This document shows, piece after piece, positions 1 to 12,000 of a DNA stretch of 64,000 bases. Position 1 is the first letter of the stretch. Every line of letters starts with the position of its first letter. Source of the DNA: Balanoglossus misakiensis (Eukaryota > Animalia > Hemichordata); NCBI GenBank assembly GCA_040954595.2, contig CM082595.2, positions 3,023,943 through 3,087,942 of the forward strand, written 5' to 3'. A program made the position numbers and the translations under genes. Under the pieces are notes generated by a model. That model saw nothing but the letters and a program-made list of their open reading frames with translations, was not told the DNA's origin and searched no databases.

Positions 1-3000
1 TGACCTCTGACGCCCACTCTCCCCCCTAACCTTCCCGGGAAAGTCATGGTCATTTGGACTTCCAAGTCCATCGTCCATTTCAAACAAGTGGGTTATTCTC
101 ACTTTTTCCTGTTGCGAGGCCCGGCTATTACTCTTAGCGTGCTTCTTCTCAACTATCCTTTCCATTGGATTGAACACAGGCAGTTCATTTTCAATCCTTT
201 TAACAGTGTCCGGTTTTTCAACCGTTTTCTTGGAAATGATCACTGGAATGAATTTACTCTCCGGTACTTTCTTCTCCTCCCGAGGCTCCGGCTCCGCCTT
301 CACCTCAATTTTCTCTTTCATTTTCACATCCAAAAGTTCAAGTTTTATAGGTTTAAGGTTAATGCTCTTAGGAGTCCTGTCTTTCCTGACTTCACCATTG
401 TCAGTTTGTTTACTTTTTCTATCCTGTCTCTTGGACGAATCAAGGTCATATTTTTCCACATGTTTCACATCTCTATCCACAAGACTTTCCGGGATTTTAT
501 CCTCTGCCTTCTTTTCCTCAACTTTCCTTTCCTCGTTATCAACTTTCCTCTTCTTTTTCCATTTTTCCTCTTCCCTGTAACTCCCAACGGTCAGTTTCTC
601 GTTACTCCGGTCAATCTCATGCTTGACTTTCACCTTTTTCAATTCCGGTTCAAACTCGTGCCTATCCAGCATTTCCAGGTGTTTTCCGTGTTCAAGTCTC
701 TCAGTCTTAATCAACAGTTTCTCCTCAAGGTGTTGCTGCTTCTTGGCTTTGCCGGTCGACTTCCCTTCCGATTTCTTGGATTTCCCCTTGGGGCTGTTAT
801 TCCCTTCCTTGCTCCTCGCAGGACTAGCACCGGAATCCACGGAAACCTTTTCAAGTTTTATCTTTGCCTTGGACACTTTCCCGTCTTCTTCGACAGCTTT
901 CCCTTTCGAGTGCTTCTTGCTCTTCTTCGGTGTATCCTCCTTCGCTGCCAACTTCTCTTTCAATTTCTTGTGCTCTTTCTTCTTCTTGTGTTTCGGTGGT
1001 TCTTGATCGGGGGTGACCGATCGACTTTTCACTTTACTGATGATCACAGGGCTCTCTACGGTGGGCGGTTCCTTCTCTTTGACAGCAGCGACCTTCTTGT
1101 GTGTCTTCGTCACCTTGCGCTTCACGTGCGGGCTTCCGCTTCGACTGCGCTGCAGGGAATTCAGACTGGGACTCGGCGATCGCCGCTTCATTTCAAGTCG
1201 GTCGTCGCTGACACTTCTTCGGCTTTGACTCATACCCCTGTTGAGGAGGACACAAAGTAAATTAAAAACATGTCACGTGGGGACTCCACAAAAACTGTAT
1301 GCAATCAGACGGATCAAATTCACTAGTGAAACCTGGCTTGCAATAAAGTTCAGTATGAGATCAGCATGTGACTGGCTGTAATGTTTCTAAATCCCATAGA
1401 AACACACACATTAATGAGCAAATTGTATGTGCATTCAACGACTGTTAGTTTCTGTGCCCCCACCTGTTACAAAACATATCTACATCACTACATGCTAGAA
1501 TCACCATCTCCCACGTACCTGTCTCTTTCCCTGTCTCTGCCGGGACTCTGATCCATATGCAACTGTTCCCGTCGTTCTCGCTGCCGGTATCCGTATTCCC
1601 GCAACTCCTGCTCGTAGGAATCCTCAATGTCCCTGTAACTGGCAGCGCTTCCGGTACTGTAGCCTTCCTCGTAGCCTCTCCGACTCCATTCCTCGTAGTC
1701 GTAGTGCTCGTCTCCGTACGCTATTCTCCCGGCGGCCTGGTAGCTGTGATAGGCGGGGTGGTTGTCTCTGTTGTAGTAGCCATAAGCACTGCTACCATCT
1801 CTGTGAAGCAAAGAGATATCACACAATCAAAACATGGCCAGTTGCATTTTCATTACATTGTGCAATTTTGCTACAAGATTCTGTAAATTTCACTTTTCCA
1901 GGGATATCTAGGCCTGGTTTTGATATTCCCGGATTTTTTCCTGGTGTGTATAAACTCAGGATCGTTGCATAATTTCCTTACCGTACGTCTCTGTATCTGC
2001 CATAGTGGGCTGCATCTCTCCTCTCAGGATAGGCCTGCCCTGTCCTCTTCAGAGAATCATAGAAGTAATTCTGTAATTCAGGACTTGCAAAATCCACCTG
2101 TGAAACACAAATGGGATATAATCAATCAGAGAATTTCCTTATTCCAGCCAGGGACATTGCCTGCTGTTACCAAGTCTTTAGTTGCTTACAGAGTCAATAA
2201 TACTCAATATATCAGTATGCTGCCACCAATGTTGACTTAGAAAGATTCTTTTCTTTACCTGAAGCCTTGTCTTTGACAATTTCCGTCCCTTAGTTTCATT
2301 GAGTACGTACTGGGCACTCTCAATGTTGTCAAAGTATATCAACGCCTGTTCGGTCTTCCGGTCAATATCCGACCGCGACACAACGCCATATCGTCCAAAG
2401 AATCGACACAACGCTGTTTCTGTCACGCCACTGTTGATTCCCTCTACCCACAGACAGTTGTTCGCCATACTTTTACCAAAACCCAGCTGCAATCAAAAAT
2501 ATGAATACATTCATTAGCTTCAATGTATTGAAGATCCATTGATCATTCATGAAAAAACACTTACAATGCCAAGATGCATTGGTATTGACTGCAAACATAA
2601 AATTTATCATGCTGGGTGAAATGTTTTTTGGAAAGGGACTTACTTTGAGTCTACTCTTTCCTAACGGTTCACCGTCCATATTCTTCAAAGATCGCACAAC
2701 GCTCTTGATGTCCGCAAACTGCATGAAGGCATACGCTGGCACTCCCAGTTGCTTCTTGATGTCAATATCCTAGAGTAAAATACAGAGGTTAGTTCTGAAT
2801 CAGCACACGCACAGACACATAAAGACACAAGTGAGGTCACAAGACATAACACACATAAACGACTTACCACTATATCGCCAAATTGCTTGAACTTGTCTCT
2901 GAGGTCTGTGTATGTGGTGTTCTTTTCCAAGTTTCCGATGAAGAGGGTTCTGGAGGCTTTGGAATGGTATTCGTGGATGGGCTTCTCATGAAGTCTTAAG

Positions 3001-6000
3001 TCTCCATCTATTTCAGTGTCTGGGGAGAGATGAAGATGAAGAAGGCAAGAGTAAATAGAATGAAAATCAGTTTGCTTGGGAGAAAATTCTTCCGCTGTAG
3101 ATTTACAAGTAGAATTGCCCATTCCTCGTCCCTTCTTGTCAGAGACTCTTGTAAAAAGATGGTGTTGGGAGAAGGGCATTAATTGAGAACGGTTTAATTA
3201 TCTGACATTTCATTTCATGGGATTGGCTTGTAACAGTTTCGAAACAGAAGAAAGAATTAGAAAAGGATGCAATAGAGTGTGTGTTAGATACATCCTACCC
3301 TGAAACCAAATGAGACTCAACACAAACACTGGTGGAAGACATACTGTATGAGACAATGATAGGAAAAAGGAAATTTCCAGGTCTTTAACAAAGTGTAACA
3401 TCATTGGAAAACCATGGTTCAGCTTTTAAAAAAATAAAACTTCTAAGGACGAGTGTCTGCCTGACATTAATGCCTACAGACATTTCTTAATGATATTTTA
3501 TTGCGTAGGAAGGCTGCCATAGCAACAGCAGATACCCTGCATAATTAAAACACCATACACTATCTAATTCAGTTTGTTTTAATTGTCTATTCCCATTCAA
3601 TTTCAATCATGGAGGTCAATCAACCTGACAGTAATTTCAATTAAACAGCGATAGAGAAATAACAGCAGACAAGAATTCCCAGTTAGGAGTTATCAAGCGT
3701 CTTTGCTTTCCATGTCTCCTGAACAGACTTGGACGGGAAATCTTCTGATCACCATGTCTATCAAAGGCCTGTATATTCCCCACACTGGACCAAAGACCAG
3801 AAATCCCCTTTCACTCATTTTGCAGAAAAACTGGTCTTTGATTGAAAACAGCAGTAAGAGTCAGAAATCTTATGGAACTGAATTTCATGAATTGTGAATG
3901 CTTGTATTGATGTTGTTGTTTTTCTTTCTGAAATCCTCTAAGACATAGCATCCACTTCGCCTTGGCTAGCCTAACGATTTTTTCGGTACAATGAACCAAC
4001 TCTTTTATTCACAGGCTCTATTCATTGCCCCGAACAATACCTGTAGACTGTGTGTGACATGGGCATTCATGCGACTATAGCTCGTTATTGGTGACAGGCA
4101 TTGTTGAGAGTATGTGGTCAACCGAGGTAATCAATGCAAGTCGGCCTCAACATGTACCAGGACTGACTTGACGCTTTTTGTTATGCATATGTGGTATTGT
4201 ACCCTTTAGTCTGATACACATCCACAGTGTTCTGTTCACGATAAAAGCTGTCTTAGATTCTAAGAATTTTTTTTATCTAACTTTAAGACAGAAAAATAAT
4301 CCTTTGACAGCCAAGGTAATGTTATACAATTTTGTTCACATTCGGCACTGAAGGCAGGATCTCTTACTTTAATATTAAGTATTACAGTCTTTCTGTGCCC
4401 ATAGTTATCCTTGGGCAGACGGCACCATTATTTATTCTTCAAATGTGTACCCACGTACGTTGAGTTTCCGCATTTTGAGCAAACTCCGGCGACAATTGAG
4501 AGCGAATAAACCAAATATAGGCAGAAGAGGCACTGAAGGTGTTTTTTCTCTTCGCTTCAGACAAGGGTGGGAAAATACAATCTTGAAAAGGGCTGATCAC
4601 CACAATGCCGTGTTGTAATTACTTTTGTCTCTGTGCTTCAATGGTTATTGATCAAACACAGTGACGACAGCTTTATAGTGGCACACTATAGTTACTCTGA
4701 AGTATTATTGTGTTTCTGAAAACAGCATTAAGCACGAAATGAATGCTGGCTTGAGGGTGACTCATTGGATTGGAATCCTGGCCATACAGCTGAACAGCTC
4801 TCCTTGGGCTCTGCACATGAACAACCATCACAAGCAATGGGATTATCATGAGTGAATATTCAAAGTTTTTGACTTGTCCGCTGGGAAAACAGGCTCCGAA
4901 TACACAAAAGAAATACTACACTCTGCACCAGAAGCATCTTGGGATGAAGGAAATGATTTCTTTACACATAATCCTATTCAAAGGAAAAAATTGAATAAAG
5001 TTTTTCGCTGCTGGTGCAAATTGACCTTATTTGCACTTGGCTAAAAAAATGGCAGATTTAATCCAGCGAAAATGCGTCATCGTTTTAATATCATATTTTT
5101 TTGTTGAGATTGTTTTAGCAAATGACTATAAGATAACATACACAGCCTTGTTCTGAGCCCCCAAACACACTCCACCAGAACACACTGTCCGTTTCAATTC
5201 TCTTCCTCAATCTAATCAACACTTGACAGAGCAATGTTTACAGACAAACACAAATTCAACGCTTGATTTTTATGCAGCAACTGCGTGGGCGTGCTGACGT
5301 TACTGTCATACAAAAAAACCCAGACAGCAACCGCGCACAATTTCCTTTCGCCTATTAGCGATTGTTCGCGATGATTCACTAGGCTTCTGACATCACTGTG
5401 ACGTTAATCCATGCATTATGCTGCTCTCCTCGTTTTCCGTTAGCGATGGAGTTTCATCACCCGGAGGAGTCGGATATTCCTGTCCTCATCCGGGAGAGAG
5501 CAAGTGACCTGTGACTTTGCCGGGATTGGCTTGGTTACCGTACAGAGCCATGGATTAATTACCGTACAGAAACAAGGGGTATTAATTAATTAATTATAAT
5601 CATGGTAATCACTGTGTAAACAGTACTGACAAACTAGTTACCATGGGCAAAAACCAATGGTACCTATGCAGCCAGATCAATTGCACATTGGCTACTGCTG
5701 GGTAAGACAAATATTGCCAAGACAGAACCAGACGTATTCAAGTAAATGGGTCAATTTTGGCAAGGCTGTGACTCAGTTTATGCACAATCATTCTTGGAGT
5801 ACTGTTGTTTGGCGTACACCCACAGAAACAAACTAGACACCAGGAAACAGACAATAGCATAACACAAGTCATCTTCAGTGTAAATATCAAATCAGACGAG
5901 AAATAGGCACGCTAACGACTAACTAGATTACAGTAACCAGAGTGGGACCAACATTAGCTAGTTCCTCAGTCTATGGCCTCATTGTAACCAACATGGACTG

Positions 6001-9000
6001 AAATCGACTTCTATCTCACGGCAAGCAAGCAAGCCAGCACACAAAACCTTACTTCTCAACAAAATTCCATTATGCTTAAAAATAGCAGAGAAAATTGATT
6101 TACAGGATATAGATTTTTCTGTCCCAAGGCAGAATGAGAATTCCACGTATTTCTGAAATCGCATCTACAGTCGTGCCACGACAAGCAAATACTCATTTCA
6201 ACATGTCTAAGCAAGACTTATTTTCTAAAAGATTGTTTATTTAGTATTTCAATCAACAGCGTTGCATAACAGTTAATCTGAAACAAGGAGAGATAATCAG
6301 GCGATTAACTATTCATTGTCTTCTAAATCGTCTGAGTAGTACAGTTACAATGGGAATTCAAGAAGTCCTTTTTTCTGATGAATTTTTTACTGACAAATAC
6401 TGATCGTAAATTTACCCACTAATTTTGTGAGTTGGAAATCGAGTTGCCTGGTGGTGAGAATATATTCTAGGTAAATGTCAGGACAAAATTGTGAAATGGG
6501 TCAAAACATTCTTAACTTAAAAGGTGGATTTCTATCCAGACTGAAGGTGTAAGCACACGCGAACAAAAGTGGACAGGAACTTCATCAAAAACATTTCTCG
6601 AGAATTGTGTGTTATTTTCTTTCTTGGGGAGATGTGTTTTGATGTCGTGACAATGGGGCGATACAGTCAAGGTCACAGAAATGTCAAGGTCATTTGTGAA
6701 TCATGATCCCATTAGCGGGCCAAACCTGTGACATTGGAAGTGAGATCAGCAGATGGTTGGTTTGCCCTTGACACTTCCCGTGAAGGAACCTCCCCTCACG
6801 GCTATGAGCGAAGCCATTACTGGAAAGTCACAGCGAAAACAGTGAGTCGCAGCGTGTGAAAACTGCACACATACTTGAGGCAGTCGAGATAAAAGTATCA
6901 AATTCAACACCGAAAATGTTTGCACAAAACTCTGTTACAGTCTCAAGTTGAATTAAAGCTGCAAGCAGCATTGAAGGGGCCAAAGCATAGAGATAATAAC
7001 CATTAGACTCCATTCAGGGTTGTACCATTCAAATGCGTAGGCTGTATTTGCTCTGGATGTGGAGATATGGGGAAGTAGGCAACCACCCGAAATGGATGTC
7101 CTACAAGTACAAACACAACAACCAAAAGTGAACTTCTACGATATGTAAGGACTTCAGTTAAGTACTTCAAAGGTCAGCTGAGGGTACCCAAAAATTAGGC
7201 CAAAAATTTGGATTCCTATTTGGTTCATATTCAAGACAACGGAAAATTCTCGCCCTTTGGGTTTTTAAAATTAGGTATGGCCATAATAATGAGTTACGCA
7301 AGTAAGTTACAGGTGGCCCTAGGAATTTAGCATTTCATGACGGTCCTACCCTACCCCTCCAAACACCTGGCTATATATGCTGTGCGTGCTAACATATGGA
7401 AAGCAGGTCAATGGACACCTGAGGTCACCCAAAAATTTGACAAAAAAATTTCATTCCTGTTAATGTCATGTGCAACAAATCCTACATTTGCAGCCCTTTC
7501 ACTTTGCCTAACATTAGGTATGCACGTAATACATGAATCAAGCAGGTGTCACAGGTATCCCCCTGTATTTGACATTTCATGATAGTTTCATCCCTCCAAA
7601 TACCAAAGCTGCACCTGTACAACGGGCTGAGATATGGCACTGTATGACAGAGGTCATCCAAATCACCTTATACATTTGGGCAAAAACGTAATGACGGTCA
7701 TAATGACGGTCAAAGTCCGATGCCCCAGTGTCCGTCCTCAGCCCACCAAAAAATGCGAAAAAATATTACAAAAATCTTCTTCTCAAAATCGGCGTGGCCT
7801 AGGACCTTGAAATTTGGCACAGGGTATTTTGGCCACATGGTCTACAAAAATCGCGAAAAGAATGTACATGCCCCCATTAACGTGCAAATTAGGTCAATTT
7901 GAAAATTTCGCTCGATTATAGCCACAAAGTCACGTGACTAATTACAAATTCAAAGGGCAGGTGCACCAGTACTCATGGGCCCCAACCACCGTGCCAAATT
8001 TGGAAGGCGCACCTGCCGGAATTTCAGAGAAAAACGGGCGCAAAAAAACGACTCAAGAAGAAAGAAGACAAACTCCAGCAATAACAGAAGGGGACCAAGC
8101 GCCTGAGGGCGCTTGGTCCCCTAAATAGATACCGTCTGTAATGGAGCGGAAAATGGGCTGCAAACACACCAGCTGCTTTCTGATATGTTTACAAACTGGA
8201 ATTTCTGAACGTAATATCATTTATATGAATCACACATTTGTACGGTGTAAGGAAACACTTCAAACATAGCCCATGTCCCTATAAATCATGCAAGAATGAG
8301 ACAGCTCTGTTGTAATAAATAGGTGGAGTATTCCATATTGTGATGGATGGGGGTATTAAGGGGGTGGGAGGATTAGTTTACCATGCAGAGAAATAGAGTC
8401 AATTGGAGCAATCTCACCTATCTTACCTGCACCAGACCAGATTGATAATTCGATTTCGGAGCCGAAGAACAGCTTGCCCTTGGTGAGTTGCATTGCCTTC
8501 TCCGCGTCGGCCGGCCTCTTGAAGAATATCAGCCCGTAGCGATCAACTCCGGCGCCTTGCACCCGCACGGCCAGAATGGTCCCGTGTTTCTTGAACTCGT
8601 GAAAGAGTCCATCCTTAAGACTGGTATCTGAAAATAAGAAGATTAAACACAGTGTTTAATTTTGCAAGCATAGGAGCTGCACAAAAATATATCTTTTTTT
8701 ACCACACAAATTTCGCGACAATTAATTTTCGCTCACACCCACACAAACAAGCTCACCTACTTGCACAGTCAACAGATGTACATGACAAATTACATGCTAA
8801 TTTAGGCGCACAGTTTGATAGTCACAGCACGAATACAGCACTGTCGATATTAACAAGAGTGGCCAAGCACATTACATCCATTTATAACCATGATGGATGG
8901 AAAAAGGCTTGGGGTGTGAATTTTTCAAAATGTCGGATAAAGAGCAGAATAATGGAATGGGTCAAGGACATCACAGCCATCAGATATTTCTGTTCTCGCT

Positions 9001-12000
9001 GAAGATGTATTTCTGGGGATGCTTATTTCTCAATTTATTTTTATCTGAAATCCAATGCTTTGTACAGGCATATTTTGCAGCAATCTTCAAAACAACATAC
9101 GATTTCAAATGAAATCCGCAGTAAATTTAGCACTGCACACGAAACTGCATTTTTCTGAATAACACACAGCTCAAGCTCAGAAAAGGATGTATGTCTCGAT
9201 GAAAATTCTATGAATGATTTCTTTGCTTCTGTCCGAATACTCACAATTTCTAATACACAAAAAAAATGCACAAAATTTTCTTCAGACAAAAATATCCGAT
9301 CAACACTTTGTGCTGTCTCCAAGAGATGTGTACAAAGACTTCGTTAATTGGTATGAAATAATAAATTTTTGCGTGCAAGATAAAATAACGAGCTAAAATA
9401 TCCTGTTCGTCTCATCATCGTGCCATGGGCGTGGGCGCGACAATAATACATCCCAGTTTCAATTAAGCCCAGTCAGAGAATCCACAGAAAACGCTGCAGC
9501 ACAGGTTGCTGGCCACGGGTCTATGGAAAACAACAGCTGCCAGCATTTCCGAATGCAAATCTAGAGTGAAATATCTGTTTTCCGAGTTAGTCATTCTTTA
9601 ATAATACTGTGAATAATTGCCTGGGCTTACAAAACTGGTTCACGTTACACATTAAACCTTGGAAAGCTGTGTTTTACCTCACGCTGATAAAATATAACTG
9701 CCTATATTTAAAAATACCAAAACTGCAGATGGGGATATAAATCAAGAAAAAATGGGACTAAACATGATAAAATAGACGAGTTAAATTTTCTTCATTAAAT
9801 GGTGAAATATTTTCTTGATATATCTACAAAGAAATGATTGAGGATTTTTACAGCAAAGTGCAGGATAACCCTCTGTGGCCCCTCTGTCGTTATCAGACCG
9901 ACTACATTTGCACACGTCATCAACATTACACAGACTGTCGTGTCAGGCTAGCGTTTGCACCAGTATTAACTAGTATTTCAATGCACAGCCGTTCCCTGCA
10001 GCCAGCCCTGCATTTTAAGTAGAAGCCAAGCTGTGTTTCGAGACGCTTTCGTAAACAAGAAATTCAGTCGTTACATGTTATGGGGATCTCTTCTGAACCA
10101 CAGAATGACTGATTTGAATTTACGCTAATTTTATAGACACCCACCTTTTTTATTCATAATTTTATTTCTTTCATAATATTTAAATTGGCAAAAATAACAA
10201 TGCTAAACCTGCTATGTAGTTTATTTTGGTATGTTTCTATGCAGCCGATTAAAATGTTATGAATGTTTGCATTAATGTGTATATTTCACTGGTGTTGGGC
10301 GATTGTCTATTTCAGCTGAAACTAGACCACACTCCCATACCCAAATCCCATGTCAACCCTCAGGCCACAAAACACCGAAGTATCAGGAATACACAGATCG
10401 TAAATGCTGTGACATCATCTACTTTCGATTCTATTTCTGTATTTAGCTGTATTTACATATGTGTCTGTCTATATAGTACTTCCAGCTGGTAGTTTCAAGA
10501 TGGCCGCCATTTCATCTATCTACAAAACAGATCACGTCAAAACCAAATGCTACATCATCATGGAAATTGAGAATTGTGAACGATACAAATCCGTAGAAAA
10601 GATGAAACGTGTTTCTGTAAACATAATACCAATATAGAGAAGTACGCGTGCTAATTATCTAGCCTGCATTTCCAGCATCTGCACATAAGCAAAACATAGA
10701 CTACCTTGAAATTTAATAGCCAGGATGTTTGATGATGCAATAACCAGTCTGTACCACAAATAAAATGCAGGCCGCTGGCAAAAGACCACGACTAAGTAAA
10801 TTATTACAGGCTACAAATAGGAAAAAATACTGCTCCAAATGTATCTCATAAACACCAACACAACTGACATTGTGTGTTGAGGCAACGCCGACAACAGCAG
10901 ATATTCCTGTATAACATCAACCATCTGTTTGTTATTTGCGTTTCTGTCAGGGTTGTAGTACACACATCACAGACAAACACACACACAAGGTGTGGCCCTT
11001 GTTAGCACAGCAAATATACAGGTACACGCATTCCTCTCATGTTAACTGGCAACCTCGTGGGGAGAAAAAATTAATCTGGGCCCAAACAGGCATGACTCAT
11101 AGTTTAAAAATAGCAAATTTGGTACAGATGTTTTTGCTGACACTTTTATTGTTATAATACATGCCAGTTTATATTTATTTTTGGCCAATCATTGTACATT
11201 GTAGTTCTGTGGTCTAGGACCAGCAGGCATTTCCGAAAAGAAATGTGACATAAATACCCAGATAATGTTGTTCCAGAAATGTACGTACATGTAGTAAAAA
11301 TACATACTATTTCTGACATCTTTGTAACTTTCCACAACATAAACATTATGACATACTAAAATACCATGGTTTTATTCTCAGGAACTTGAGAATAAAGTTG
11401 AGGATTTAAAATGGCACCAAATAGTGTCTTTTATTGAATTATTGAGTTTTTGTTTGTTTCATTTAGGTCTGCTGGAAGCAAGTGAAGTCATTCTTGCCTT
11501 GAAACCAAACAGCTGCAAACTGGACAAGTTGTGTGTTGGGCGAATTCTTTGATCACTATTTGCGTACCAAAATAACTGCTTGGGTGACAGGGACAAACAT
11601 ACTGTCCTGTACAAATATATGAACAACCCAATCAAACACGAGGTAGGCCATGGATGGAAAACACCTGATATTCTAAGTAATTCCCAGTTTGCCTAATGAA
11701 GCAAAGCACCCGACCTTGTTCAGCGTTATTCAACGCAGTGGTGGAATTTGAATAACAGTGTCAGCAGACAAACGAAGGCGCTGACCCTAAAATTTACGCC
11801 CATCAATCAAACCGGTCAAAACCGGTCTGCAGGCGCGCGCATGACGCGAGTGAATCATAACTGCCTCTTGTGAAACGCACATGCTCGTAATCTGTCGAAC
11901 GCTGCTTCATTAAAATATTTTCTATTATTCATGCTCAGTACGACAAAGGAATGATTTTGCTCTAACAATATATAACTCGTATATCACGCATCTGGTTTCG

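Noticed and set aside
46-1260. 404-aa plus-strand ORF rich in Phe and Leu
   Set aside because: It is the antisense shadow, in the same codon register, of the Lys/Glu-rich large SPEN exon on the minus strand.
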